A DNA stretch of 64,000 nt from a virus. A program made the translations under genes and the position numbers. Below are positions 43,675 through 53,359 of the stretch, piece by piece (the first letter of the stretch is position 1; the number at the start of each line of letters is the position of its first letter). The notes beneath the pieces were generated by a model that had not been told where the DNA came from, did no database searches, and saw only the letters and a program-made list of their open reading frames with translations. The stretch covers positions 1 through 64,000 of IMG/VR virus record IMGVR_UViG_3300042373_001362. One strand, written 5' to 3'.

Positions 43675-44331
43675 CTATCTCCTTTTCTGTGGTGCCTTCT
43701 TGGCTGGAGCCTTCTTAGCTGGAGCCTTCTTTGCTGCGGCTTTTTTAGCGGGGGCCTTCTTAGCTGCGGCCTTTTTGGCTGGAGCTGCCTTCTTGGCTGC
43801 AGGAGCCTTCTTGGCTGCAGGAGCTTTCTTGGCTCCAGAAACTTTTTTAGCTGTTTTTTTGGCTTTGGTTCTTGAAGCTTGCGCTGCAGTTCTTTGAGCC
43901 CTTATGCGACGCATCGTCTCATTAGCCTGAGCTTTTGTTGTTGCAGACCTGTATAGGTCTGAATGTTCAGTCTCTTTACGAGCCTGGAAGCCTTGTTTGC
44001 GACCAATCTGCTGACTGCGACGGCCAGGTGTGGCGGGGAGGCCGAGTGGTCCTTTGCCCTGGACTTTTGCGTATCTTTTGGCCCCAATAGCTTTTACTTC
44101 CTCGGGGGTCATGTACCCCTGCCTTCTGACAGACTCGCGTTGTAGCTTTCTGGCATTGGCTCTAGAACCAAAAACTTCTTTAATTGCCTTGTTTATAAGT
44201 TCTCTTTGCTTAAGAAGCTGCTCTCTTCTTCGACCAGTTGCAGTCGTAAGTTGATTTTTGATTCTACTTTCATCCAGCAACAAGGAGTCTGCGTCGTCAG
44301 TAATGTCTGGGCCATATCTTACTCTGGGCAT
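43675..44331 (-). CDS. highly basic protein with histone H1-like AKKAPAKK tail
   Basis: Arg/Lys-rich body, about nine tandem (A/P)AKKA repeats. Confidence 0.8.
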   Translation of the reverse strand: MPRVRYGPDITDDADSLLLDESRIKNQLTTATGRRREQLLKQRELINKAIKEVFGSRANARKLQRESVRRQGYMTPEEVKAIGAKRYAKVQGKGPLGLPATPGRRSQQIGRKQGFQARKETEHSDLYRSATTKAQANETMRRIRAQRTAAQASRTKAKKTAKKVSGAKKAPAAKKAPAAKKAAPAKKAAAKKAPAKKAAAKKAPAKKAPAKKAPQKRR

Positions 44332-44412
44332 AATGAGCCAACTCCTTTAAGAAATACTTTAAAGAAGTTTACCATATGGCGCCAAGCTATTGATAAATAG
44401 CCACGCCAATGC

Positions 44413-44967
44413 CTACCTGTCAGCGTTTGGTGGGGATTCTATTGTTGGTCCCTTGTCGACAGTTCCTGGAGGTGCCTCAACCGGAACCCATGCTCTTGAG
44501 TATGTGTATTCTTTGATATTTCTTGACTTCAATATCGTTCCGTCAATCATCAAAGAGTATTCATTTGGCTTCATGCACAATGTTCTTTCTAGGCTTTTTT
44601 CATTAGCCGCTCTAGCTCGAACAAGTTTTTTAATTATTGAGGACATGGGTTTGGCGACTACTGAACCTCTTCCTCTATTGAGACGAAGGTGCATCTCCAT
44701 TGCTTCCATGGTGCCAATGTCATGTTTTATAACTGGAATTGTTCCACCAGTTATTTCCATTATTTGCTTTACATTGGTAGCCAGCAGGTACCGCTCAGAG
44801 CCGTCAATTATCTCTCCGCTTCTGGCAGATACGTGAATTGGTTGAATAAAACCAAAATCAGCAAGAGACGCAGAAAGAACCAAAAGGTCTGGCCTCAATA
44901 TGTAGGTTGCTCTCCATGATGGAACCACAAGCGTTGATGGGTCGACTTCTTCAATTTCATACTTCAT
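44413..44967 (-). CDS. ParB/Srx-like protein (YbdM/IbrB-like)
   Basis: SLADFGFIQPI...IIDGSERY...LNRGRG. Confidence 0.75.
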   Translation of the reverse strand: MKYEIEEVDPSTLVVPSWRATYILRPDLLVLSASLADFGFIQPIHVSARSGEIIDGSERYLLATNVKQIMEITGGTIPVIKHDIGTMEAMEMHLRLNRGRGSVVAKPMSSIIKKLVRARAANEKSLERTLCMKPNEYSLMIDGTILKSRNIKEYTYSRAWVPVEAPPGTVDKGPTIESPPNADR

Positions 44968-46096
44968 ATGTTGAATCTATTTCTTCTTCTTGGTTTCTTA
45001 CTGTGTACGCCCTGGTCCTTGGTCCAACGGGCGAAGGCGAGCCACCATCTATCTCATTTAGAACAAGGGTTCTAATTAATAGGCTGATTGGATATGCTCG
45101 TTGGTCTTCTAGGTGTTTCTTGCGAAACTTGGACACATACGCTTTTGCTTCCATTTGTCTACGTTCACCAATAAGGTACTCCTCAATAAACATAGAGGCA
45201 CCTTCTAGACCGAGTGCTGAATATTGGTCTATTAGTTTTTCGATGTCAAACTCTGGCCACCATCGACGCTGGGCATCTATGTAGGGGAAGCACTCAAAAA
45301 GTTTGTCGTAGAACTCTGGTTCAGTAGCAACCACATCACCAATTCTGCGGATAGCAATACTATGGAGTGGAATACCGATTCTTGTGTTGCTCTCTGTTTG
45401 GGCGGCAAGGTCGTAGTACTCACAATATTCAGAACCGTGCTCTTCAATTAGAAACTTAAAAACATCGTTTGTATTCCAGTCATAAATGACCTTTGCAAAC
45501 TTCATCGGAATTCCGGTTTTCAGCTTGTACGGAGTGACGATGTAGTTTTCGTGAAGCTTCTGCACGCATGAGCGATAACGAACCATCGACTCGCTAGCCC
45601 TAACTCCAGTGATGAAGGCAACATTGCCTTTCTTTCCCTGCATTGTGTAGTAGTCGGTTTGCTCGGGCAAAGAGACGTCATGTGTCAAGCCAAAGTCTTC
45701 AGCAGTAATTGCCCATGGCGGAATATCTCTAACGAGCCTTCCTTGGTTCTTGCGCGTATTGCTCCAAAGAACCGTGGTAACTCTTTGTCCAAGAACCCAA
45801 ATCTCTGCAGGGTATGGAAGGCAGTACCACTCCATGTCAACCCAGTCGTAGTTTCTGACCTTCTCGACGTACTTGATGGTTGCCGGGCTAACCATTTCTT
45901 CATCTCTAAAGATGACCTTTACAGGGCCAAGTCCTCGCTCTTCATGGACTTCTTTGGCAAGGTACATAACAGCAGAAGAGTCTTTGCCACCAGAGAATTG
46001 AACACACACGGTGTCAAAGGTGTCGTATACGTGGCGAATTCTTTGACGAGCTGCATCGATGCAACTCATGTCAAGAAACATTCTTTGTCTAGTCAT
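44957..46096 (-). CDS. PAPS-reductase-like PP-loop protein (YbdN/IbrA/DUF3440-like)
   Basis: FSGGKDS, FRDEE, WYCLP, GVRASESMVR, IYDWNTNDVF. Confidence 0.85.
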   Translation of the reverse strand: MTRQRMFLDMSCIDAARQRIRHVYDTFDTVCVQFSGGKDSSAVMYLAKEVHEERGLGPVKVIFRDEEMVSPATIKYVEKVRNYDWVDMEWYCLPYPAEIWVLGQRVTTVLWSNTRKNQGRLVRDIPPWAITAEDFGLTHDVSLPEQTDYYTMQGKKGNVAFITGVRASESMVRYRSCVQKLHENYIVTPYKLKTGIPMKFAKVIYDWNTNDVFKFLIEEHGSEYCEYYDLAAQTESNTRIGIPLHSIAIRRIGDVVATEPEFYDKLFECFPYIDAQRRWWPEFDIEKLIDQYSALGLEGASMFIEEYLIGERRQMEAKAYVSKFRKKHLEDQRAYPISLLIRTLVLNEIDGGSPSPVGPRTRAYTVRNQEEEIDSTYEV

Positions 46097-46276
46097 TAAT
46101 ATTTCGCAATCTGAGAAAGCCTCTGATTTTCTGCTCTAACATTTTCCAACTCTATGCGCAAGCGTTCAATCTCATCGGCCGCTTCCCAGCAGGCAACGGG
46201 AACGACTTTGCCGCTCATGTCGCCACGCAGGGATGCTATGTCTCGCAGTCGGGTCAGAATATCATTTTGATTCATT
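46096..46276 (-). CDS. small hypothetical protein
   Basis: MNQNDILTRLR...EAADEIERLR; start approximate (shorter than the ORF track call). Confidence 0.55.
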
Positions 46277-46486
46277 GTATTTCCTTGTGTTTTTGGCATT
46301 CCTTGCATAAACCGCAGCATAGGCAATCGCCATCAATATGAATCCATATTGCTTGGTTCTTATTGCGTAGACAATCCAAAGAATTTCATTAACGAGGTTT
46401 ATTAACCAACCCCACCAAACCCTATTGCCAGCGATTAGGAGACCAGTAACTCCTAAAATGCCCAGCACCCATGACCATGCACTCAT
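46262..46486 (-). CDS. small multi-TM protein (PnuC-like fragment)
   Basis: WWGWLINLVNEILWIVYAI..KQYGFI. Confidence 0.6.
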   Translation of the reverse strand: MSAWSWVLGILGVTGLLIAGNRVWWGWLINLVNEILWIVYAIRTKQYGFILMAIAYAAVYARNAKNTRKYNESK

Positions 46487-47292
46487 TAAATCTCCGAGTG
46501 TTGGCCGATGAAGTCCATCAGTCTTTCTGCTGTTGTGTTTCCAACAATTGCAGGGTCGCTACGAAGCCATCTAACAAAGTCATACCAGCGAGACTGCTGA
46601 GCAGGGTTATCAAAAACAATCGTAAACTGAACCACGGCCTGCTGTGCGGCTCCGTTTGCCATTGTCGAACCTCTAACGGCAATGTCATTCTGGTCGGATG
46701 AAGGTGGGGCAACGATTCTTTTTTCTCCATCGCTATCACGAGAAACAGAGAACTGTTGTTCTGGCAATTCTGGGACATCATTGAATCCCTGTATTTCTGT
46801 GTTGCGGTCGATTAGAACAGGCGGAACATAGGAACCAGTTGTAGACATCTCGCTACTGTTCCTGTATGCCTCTTGCTCATACTCGGCAATCTCAAACTCA
46901 TCCCAACCGAGTCCTTCTAAAAGTTCTGGGTAGTCATCGCTTACTGCGGTAATCAGTTCATAAAGAACTTCTGGTTCTGAATAACCTAGTTCAACAGTTC
47001 TATTGTCTGCCAACGCAAACGCAACTGCACGGGAATCGTCACCGTCAAGATAAACAACAGCAACTTTGTCCCACCCAAGCATCTTGGCTGCTTCAAGTTG
47101 GTGGTTTCCTGCGATAACCGTGGCTGTACCATCATCGTTTTTCTTTGCAACAATTGGCTTTACTTGTCCGAATTCAGCATAGGAAGCGGCAATTGCATCA
47201 ACGTCGCCAATTCTTGGATTTTTTTCAAGCGGCAAAAGAGTTTCTATATCTACTGCCATTCCTAACAGTGACTCATGAATTCCATTACTCAT
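46486..47292 (-). CDS. ParB-like N-terminal domain protein
   Basis: NPRIGDV, FGQVKPIV, VIAGNH, ALADNRT. Confidence 0.85.
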   Translation of the reverse strand: MSNGIHESLLGMAVDIETLLPLEKNPRIGDVDAIAASYAEFGQVKPIVAKKNDDGTATVIAGNHQLEAAKMLGWDKVAVVYLDGDDSRAVAFALADNRTVELGYSEPEVLYELITAVSDDYPELLEGLGWDEFEIAEYEQEAYRNSSEMSTTGSYVPPVLIDRNTEIQGFNDVPELPEQQFSVSRDSDGEKRIVAPPSSDQNDIAVRGSTMANGAAQQAVVQFTIVFDNPAQQSRWYDFVRWLRSDPAIVGNTTAERLMDFIGQHSEI

Positions 47293-47630
47293 ACTTGATG
47301 TCTCACATTGGCGTTGAGGGTTCTCATAGCATCAATAGACGTACGAAGTGAAAGTAACTTCTCTCTCTTTGACTTAACCAATGCTTCAGATATTTTGTAA
47401 TCGAAAGAAGATGAGTCAAGCTTGTAGTCAGCCCATGCTTCACGTTCTTTGATTGAGCCTTTTGCAGACAAGTATTCTTTCGCCCAATTAGACTTATGAA
47501 GTGCTTCCTTCTTGGCATTGTCTGTGGCCAAAACCTCAAAAGCTTCTGTCTCTTCTTCAAGCATCTCTATAAGACGAAGAAGCTCGTTTTCGATGTCTAC
47601 CTGGCTAATTGGCTTATTTCTATGTTGCAC
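47289..47630 (-). CDS. helical hypothetical protein (possible recombination mediator)
   Basis: Coiled-coil, GSIKEREAWA; next to RuvC. Confidence 0.6.
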   Translation of the reverse strand: MQHRNKPISQVDIENELLRLIEMLEEETEAFEVLATDNAKKEALHKSNWAKEYLSAKGSIKEREAWADYKLDSSSFDYKISEALVKSKREKLLSLRTSIDAMRTLNANVRHQV

Positions 47631-48162
47631 TTACGCTCCTCTTATTATCCAGCGGCGACCAATCTATCTTCTCCAGAGAAGATAGTTGCACCGATGTCCA
47701 ATCATATGAACTTTTACCTAAATATGCAAGTCCCATTTGTTCAAGAATCCATGCGTCGCATTCGTCGTCGGCTCCAGCGCCAGAAAAGATAAGACCGGTC
47801 TTTGATGAGATTGCAGAGATAACTTCCGTTTTTCCCGCATTGCCTTTTCCAGTGGCAAATTTAGCCCTGGATGTTGGAGGAACCTCTACATATGCAATTC
47901 CACACTCCCAGAAAGTCATCCTGATACACCCACCAAGCTCTCCAATGCTGTGGGCCTGTGAGTTGCGTGATGCAAACGAGTAGCCCTCAATGATGGCGCA
48001 GTCAATTTTATCGTCAAGACATGTCTGAAGAACGGTCTTATTTATATAAGACAGCCTTTCAGGGCCCTTAGTTTTAGTGGAAATAATCGACGTTTTGCCA
48101 TTTATTGACACTCCGGTGGAGGTCAGTGAAAGGTCTAGTCCTATTAGCTTCAAATCGGGCAC
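47620..48162 (-). CDS. ruvC: RuvC-like Holliday junction resolvase
   Basis: IGLDLSLTSTG, IIEGY, KFATGKGNAGK, DECDA. Confidence 0.85.
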   Translation of the reverse strand: MPDLKLIGLDLSLTSTGVSINGKTSIISTKTKGPERLSYINKTVLQTCLDDKIDCAIIEGYSFASRNSQAHSIGELGGCIRMTFWECGIAYVEVPPTSRAKFATGKGNAGKTEVISAISSKTGLIFSGAGADDECDAWILEQMGLAYLGKSSYDWTSVQLSSLEKIDWSPLDNKRSVSAT

Positions 48163-48179
48163 AAACAGACCCTACTACA

Positions 48180-48214
48180 CAAAAATCGGGCAGGATTTCT
48201 CCTACCCGACTTTT
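48180..48214 (-). terminator. intrinsic terminator
   Basis: TCGGGTAGGA-GAAA-TCCTGCCCGA-TTTTT on the - strand. Confidence 0.7.
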
Positions 48215-48323
48215 GCCTATAACGGTCACAAATCTTGTGCTGAAACAATTGTACAACAATAACAAACTGAGCTGATACAGCAAACAACCGCTTATCCTGC
48301 AGAGACAAGCGGTTGTAGAGAAA

Positions 48324-48368
48324 TTAAGAAATAAATCTCCGAATTGCCGTGGTTAGGCCACTAGACAT
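48324..48368 (-). other. 14-codon micro-ORF or small RNA with strong SD and downstream hairpin
   Basis: GGAAAGGAAAGGA...ATG, MSSGLTTAIRRFIS*, then a 10-bp stem 48284-48316. Confidence 0.35.
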
Positions 48369-48530
48369 TGACCACCGTCCTTTCCTTTCCGACAGCAGGT
48401 TTGTAGGTACCTGGTATCAAGAATACACGCATGAATAATAAACGAACAATAAATAATTGCCGAAATAATGCAAAGAAGAAAAACTTCTGATGCTATTATT
48501 GTTTCATACCCCCTCACTCAAGGAGAAAAT

Positions 48531-48884
48531 ATGTCAACAGCAGCATTGGCCCCAACAACGGTCACACTCACGATTCCCGGAACCCTTTCGACCTCAAGCC
48601 TTGTTTCCGTAGCTTTGCCTTTCAATGGCAGAATCACTGGAGCATACGTTGCAGTTACTGGTGCACCAGCAGGTTCGGCACTTACTGCAGACCTCAAGGT
48701 TGGCTCAGATGTCGCAGCAGCCTTCTCAATCGCAGCAGGCGGTTTTGTAGACGCAGGAACGCTTACAGCAGCCAACACGGACTTCGTTGCAGGCGACCTT
48801 ATTAGCCTTGATGTTTCAGCAGTTGGTTCTGGTACCGCCGGTTCAAACATGACTGTTGCTTTTACGGTTCAAGAAGGCCGTTAA
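48531..48884 (+). CDS. small beta-rich protein, possible capsid decoration
   Basis: AAGGAG RBS, ATG 48531; Ala/Thr/Gly-rich; stand-alone unit with its own terminator. Confidence 0.55.
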   Translation: MSTAALAPTTVTLTIPGTLSTSSLVSVALPFNGRITGAYVAVTGAPAGSALTADLKVGSDVAAAFSIAAGGFVDAGTLTAANTDFVAGDLISLDVSAVGSGTAGSNMTVAFTVQEGR

Positions 48885-48908
48885 TTAAAAATTAACCAAA
48901 ATCTGATT

Positions 48909-48935
48909 AAAGCGCTTCTTCGGGGGCGCTTTTTT
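48909..48935 (+). terminator. intrinsic terminator between convergent genes
   Basis: AAAGCGCTTC-TTCG-GGGGCGCTTTTTT. Confidence 0.8.
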
Positions 48936-48960
48936 CATGCCCAATATAGAGCCGTAGGGC

Positions 48961-49335
48961 TTATTCGTCGTATGAGTGTTTAGATAGTCCAAGGTCAAAG
49001 GCAAGCTGGGGATAGTTCCCTATCCGTGTATGGCACTGACGGCAGACACACATAAGGTTTGACTCATCAAGAATAGAACCACCCTGTGAGCGTCTCACTA
49101 GTTCATGCACATCAACAGATGGTCTTTGCTGATAAACGGCAAGGCCATCATACTGGGCAAAAACAGGACATGCCTGACACCATGGTCGCTCCTCTAAAAG
49201 CTTTTTTACCAAAGGTCTGCGAAGTTCGTACTTTTCTTCCGTCTTCTTGGAACGCTGATTTATCTTCTTGGAAGAGTTCTTAATCGGAGTTCTTTTTAGC
49301 GGTTTATCTGACCGCTTGAGAGGCTTGCGCTTCAC
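48961..49335 (-). CDS. HNH endonuclease-like protein
   Basis: CQAC...VHE..RRSQGG...NL..VCRQCH. Confidence 0.75.
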   Translation of the reverse strand: MKRKPLKRSDKPLKRTPIKNSSKKINQRSKKTEEKYELRRPLVKKLLEERPWCQACPVFAQYDGLAVYQQRPSVDVHELVRRSQGGSILDESNLMCVCRQCHTRIGNYPQLAFDLGLSKHSYDE

Positions 49336-49850
49336 TCTGCAGGGAATAGGCTTGACTCATCGATTGAGTCAAAAAGCCATTCATTGTCAAGAACAGCCCA
49401 CAGCGCCCTATCGATTGAAGTCTCTTCAAGGTCGAATTCTCGCAAGAGGGTCCGATGCTTGATAATTGCCTTTTTGAGAGTTTCCATCTCTTGCCAACCG
49501 TTTGACTCAGGGGCCTCTCCAGTATCAATCATTGCTGAGATTTCGTCAAGTCTCTTGTTTACATGAAACCTAAACCTAAGAATCTTCTTCTTGCGTCCTT
49601 CGTATGCACGAGAAGCCTCTTGGGCAAGAATCTTTCCATCTCTGCCCATCCTTTGGAATCGCTCCAGGTCTGCATCGTTGTCCATGTCAATGTCTTCGAT
49701 TTGGTCATCAAGGTTGTCAACCAAAGCCTGCAGATTGTCTCTCCATCTTTCCCAGTTTTCTCTTTCCATTAAGAGGTCTCTCTGGATTGGGGATAGTTTG
49801 TTTTTTACTTCCTCAGCAACCATTTGTGCGAAAGTATTATCGTCAATCAT
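49332..49850 (-). CDS. hypothetical helical protein
   Basis: ORF with overlapping coupling. Confidence 0.7.
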   Translation of the reverse strand: MIDDNTFAQMVAEEVKNKLSPIQRDLLMERENWERWRDNLQALVDNLDDQIEDIDMDNDADLERFQRMGRDGKILAQEASRAYEGRKKKILRFRFHVNKRLDEISAMIDTGEAPESNGWQEMETLKKAIIKHRTLLREFDLEETSIDRALWAVLDNEWLFDSIDESSLFPAE

Positions 49851-50665
49851 TTCTTACCACCAAACATTGGGCATATCTCTTGGTAACTACACCAGTTACA
49901 CAGTATTGATTTTCTTGCTTCAAATTCACCGGTTCGACAGCATTCGTCGACCTGCTTTTTTGTATCGATTACATGCTCAATCATGTTCTTAGCTTCTCTG
50001 CTGTTTACATGTTTTTTGAGCCTTACGCCATCTTTGAGATAAAGAAGTTCAAGCTCTTTAGCAGTGCCTACTCCCATTTTCTCTAACATGTATGCGTAGA
50101 CATAAAGTTGGAAGAACTTGTCACCCTGATACTGAGGGCGAGGTGTTTTGCCTGTTTTATAGTCGCTCACGATGAGTGATTCTCCGTCTCTAAGGGTTGA
50201 ATATCGGTCGATAAACCCCTTGATTACGACACCCTCAATGTCTCCTACGACTTCAAACTCAAGACCGTCAGGCTCTAGTTCCTGAGGGTTTTCCAATCTC
50301 CATAGGTTCTCAATACAGAACCATGAGCGCCATCTAAAGAGGCGTACTTCTTCTGAGTTCTTTACAGAGGAAGTTGCTTGGTCAACCCAAATCTCTTCCC
50401 ATACTTGCTTTGCAAGAACCTTTGCATTATCAAGCGTTCTGTCTTCCGCAGGAAGTTTATAAAGCTCCTCAAGAACATCGTGAACAAAGTTTCCCATGAC
50501 GGCAGCTTCACCTGAAACATCTGGAATTTTGTCAATTTTGTTATATCTGAACTTAAGTGGACATTGATGAAATGTGCCAATAGAAGATGCAGAAAGATGA
50601 GGAGGAGGTGTTAGCTCACTCTGAGACAAGTGTGCCACCAAACTGAATGCGGACAATCTCTGCAA
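49847..50665 (-). CDS. PD-(D/E)xK RecB/Cas4-like exonuclease
   Basis: LSASS..FHQCP, GNFVH, GFIDR, SDYKTGK, QLYVY, CNWC...CP; exact start uncertain. Confidence 0.85.
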   Translation of the reverse strand: MQRLSAFSLVAHLSQSELTPPPHLSASSIGTFHQCPLKFRYNKIDKIPDVSGEAAVMGNFVHDVLEELYKLPAEDRTLDNAKVLAKQVWEEIWVDQATSSVKNSEEVRLFRWRSWFCIENLWRLENPQELEPDGLEFEVVGDIEGVVIKGFIDRYSTLRDGESLIVSDYKTGKTPRPQYQGDKFFQLYVYAYMLEKMGVGTAKELELLYLKDGVRLKKHVNSREAKNMIEHVIDTKKQVDECCRTGEFEARKSILCNWCSYQEICPMFGGKK

Positions 50666-51272
50666 TCAAGTCGTCAAGGTCTTGGTCGGTTGCATTTGAC
50701 TTTGTTGGCTTTGGTCGACCACCTGCATGCTTCTCCCAAAACTCATTGAGTTCTGTCTTTTGTTCAGCGTTGAGCGACTTAGCAAGGCCAGCAAACTGCT
50801 CCCACTTGTCAAGTCGTTCTTGTTCCTGTGGAGAGATGCTCATTGCTTCTTCAACATCCATTGCCTCTTCACTGCGAGCGAGATACAAGCCAACTCCAAG
50901 AGTTTGGGCTGCTTTCTTGAGCGCATCAGAAACCGCACCCTTCATCTCGTCACCGAGGTCAACAATGTCGCCAGTCTTCGTGCGCTTGATTTTTTGACCA
51001 CCAAATCCATCACGAACAATGACGCTTTCTGGACGTGTTGCATCTGTGTGCCACATTAAACGCACATGGGCGACAATGTAGTCAGGGTCAAGAGTGTCAC
51101 GCTCGCACGAAAGAATATTGAATGACCACGCTTCAATTCCAAGAACTTTGTTTAAGCGAGTAATCACTTCACTTACCGGAATGTAGGTAAGAGATGCTCC
51201 ACCTTTCTTGAGGATTTTTTCCATTTCTCGTGGAAATGGTTCGCTTAACTGTTGCATAACTGTGTTGTTCAT
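50616..51272 (-). CDS. Rad52/Rad22-like single-strand annealing protein
   Basis: LTYIP..EVITRLNKVLG..AWS, KGAVSDALKKAA..LGVGLYL; start ATG 51272. Confidence 0.85.
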   Translation of the reverse strand: MNNTVMQQLSEPFPREMEKILKKGGASLTYIPVSEVITRLNKVLGIEAWSFNILSCERDTLDPDYIVAHVRLMWHTDATRPESVIVRDGFGGQKIKRTKTGDIVDLGDEMKGAVSDALKKAAQTLGVGLYLARSEEAMDVEEAMSISPQEQERLDKWEQFAGLAKSLNAEQKTELNEFWEKHAGGRPKPTKSNATDQDLDDLIAEIVRIQFGGTLVSE

Positions 51273-51766
51273 TCTGTGTCGCCCTTTCTGACGATGATGC
51301 TTGTTTTTAGTACGCCTGTTTCGCAATACATATCTGGGTTGATACCGATGTTGTTGAGTTCTTTGATTCTCCAGTAAGAAGGAGCGCAGTAAGTCATTAA
51401 CTCCATAGCAATATCCTCTGGAGACTTTACAACCTCGCCCGTGTCCATGTCAACGGACATCTGACCAAGTCGGTCAACTACCGCTTTGGCAAGGTCTTTA
51501 TGTTGCCAAGCTTTTCGTTCGTATGAAGACTTCTTTTCAATGATTGCGTTTCCAGGAAGTGGAACAGCAGACTCTTTGTCCATCATTTCTCCAAAACGAT
51601 TCGCAACAGAGTCATAAACAAGAGACATGTCTCGTTTGGCTAGATTCATCTGAAGAAGCATGTTTCCCGCTTCTTCAAGAGTTGCTCCATTGTTCATGGC
51701 TTCAAGAACTTCTGCTTCGAGTTGAACCATGAGGTAGCGAATCTCAACAATTTTTTCTATGGTCAT
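51269..51766 (-). CDS. hypothetical protein
   Basis: ORF in the recombination operon. Confidence 0.7.
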   Translation of the reverse strand: MTIEKIVEIRYLMVQLEAEVLEAMNNGATLEEAGNMLLQMNLAKRDMSLVYDSVANRFGEMMDKESAVPLPGNAIIEKKSSYERKAWQHKDLAKAVVDRLGQMSVDMDTGEVVKSPEDIAMELMTYCAPSYWRIKELNNIGINPDMYCETGVLKTSIIVRKGDTE

Positions 51767-51801
51767 TAGTACCGTCCTAGTTAGTAGCTGGTCTCCCAGT
51801 G

Positions 51802-53118
51802 CTAGATAACGATAGCAATCCTTCTTCTTTGTTGCAACCCGAGTCCGGCCAAATGTGTAAAAGCCCCAACAGCAGAGTCCACTTGGTCGTCATGGTCGCA
51901 TGCTTCAGGGAAAGAAGAAAGTTCATCAAGCCATTGAGTCAGCCATGGACCCCTAACTACCCTTACGTTTCCATTTGCTACTGCTGCGGCAAATGGTCTA
52001 GCCCTAGTGACCTTGTCTCCGGTTGCCCTAACTCCAGAAAAGTTATAACCGGGAAGAACGTATCTGGCGTACTGGTCGACAAGCGCTTTACCGCTTGAGC
52101 CGGGCTCCATTTCCATAAGAATCGGGGTATCTAGACCGTCTTCGTATGCTGTTTGAGATATTAATTGCTCGACTTTTTCCCCACGAACCCTGACTCTCTT
52201 GACGTCCATGATGTAGGCAATGCCTTGGTCAAACATCATCAAGGTTCCAACCGTGTAGTCAGGGTCAGGGTTGTTTGAACTTGGTTCGGTTGCTGCAAGG
52301 TCCCAAAACCTAACAACTCTTGCTGTGTTGGATATTGTTGGAACTTCAGACTGGTCAATAATAATTACCGACTCTCGTTCAAAGAGGCTTCCGAGAGTCG
52401 TGCTCCACCAGTCACCTTCTTCAAGTCGTCTACGCTCGATTGGGTCAAGGGCTTGCAGAGCCTGACGATACGAATCAGCGTCAATTCCGGGGTTGTCCGT
52501 AAGTTTTGAAGGTACGAATATTCTTCCTTCAGACAATCCCTCAACAATGAATCTCTGCCTTACCCAGTTGGGCGCAGGGTTAGATGCGCAACGCATTCTG
52601 AGGGGGACTTCCGATAGAGGGCCAGAGTTGGGTCGACGCAAGCGGGAGAACATGTAGCGATAGTCGGATTCCCGGATTTCGGTGACTTCGTCCATTCCGA
52701 TGAACTGGAATTCAGAACCTTTGTAGCGAAGATAGTCGGACTGGTTGTTTAGATATCCAAACGAGATTCTTGCCCCCGAAGGGAAGGTAGCCACGAAGCT
52801 GTTGTTGTTCCAGTGGACATCGTCATAGTTGGACATCCACGACTTAAAGCGGTCCATGAGCGCTCCAGGGAGCGACAAGTCTGCGAATGTTCTACGAAAA
52901 AGAATTGCAGAATAGTTGGGAATATCTACAAACTGAAGGGCGGACATTAGAAGCGCAGAAGACTTACCACCGCCAGCAGCACCCCCAAAAAGGGCCTCAA
53001 TGCCGTTAGTTCTTAAAAACACCTTTTGAGGCAAAGACGGCTCTTCTGGGCAGTAATCGGACATCTTTGGTTGGAGATACTCAAGAACTTGTTCCCAGTT
53101 CGTAGGTTGTTCTGACAT
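51802..53118 (-). CDS. terL: terminase large subunit
   Basis: FGGAAGGGKS Walker A, MDEVT, ASNP, RFWDLAAT, HDDQVD. Confidence 0.92.
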   Translation of the reverse strand: MSEQPTNWEQVLEYLQPKMSDYCPEEPSLPQKVFLRTNGIEALFGGAAGGGKSSALLMSALQFVDIPNYSAILFRRTFADLSLPGALMDRFKSWMSNYDDVHWNNNSFVATFPSGARISFGYLNNQSDYLRYKGSEFQFIGMDEVTEIRESDYRYMFSRLRRPNSGPLSEVPLRMRCASNPAPNWVRQRFIVEGLSEGRIFVPSKLTDNPGIDADSYRQALQALDPIERRRLEEGDWWSTTLGSLFERESVIIIDQSEVPTISNTARVVRFWDLAATEPSSNNPDPDYTVGTLMMFDQGIAYIMDVKRVRVRGEKVEQLISQTAYEDGLDTPILMEMEPGSSGKALVDQYARYVLPGYNFSGVRATGDKVTRARPFAAAVANGNVRVVRGPWLTQWLDELSSFPEACDHDDQVDSAVGAFTHLAGLGLQQRRRIAIVI

Positions 53119-53174
53119 ATATATCTCCGGGTTGTTTAGTCTGATGATACTCCAATGCGCTAGGCTGTGAGCAT

Positions 53175-53354
53175 ATGCAAAAGTTATGGCTACGAGTTAA
53201 AATCAGACTGAACAGGTCTTTGTTCGCTTATTTTTTCATGGTTTCATTTATAATACTATCTAGTATTGGTGCAGCGCTTATATACCCCCCAGCTGGTTTG
53301 CTGGTTGGAGGGGCTACATGTGGCTTCTTCGGATTTTTGTTAGGTCGTGAGTAA
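53175..53354 (+). CDS. 59-aa membrane protein upstream of the portal (not in ORF track)
   Basis: MQKLWLRVKIRLNRSLFAYFFMVSFIILSSIGAALIYPPAGLLVGGATCGFFGFLLGRE*. Confidence 0.7.
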   Translation: MQKLWLRVKIRLNRSLFAYFFMVSFIILSSIGAALIYPPAGLLVGGATCGFFGFLLGRE

Positions 53355-53359
53355 AAAAT

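Noticed and set aside
49847-50665. Cas4-like nuclease as evidence of CRISPR-Cas
   Set aside because: No array or other cas genes seen; the context (Rad52-like, RuvC) indicates recombination
51802-53118. Intein or intron in the terminase (or in the helicase domain)
   Set aside because: Lengths are normal and motifs contiguous; no intein termini seen
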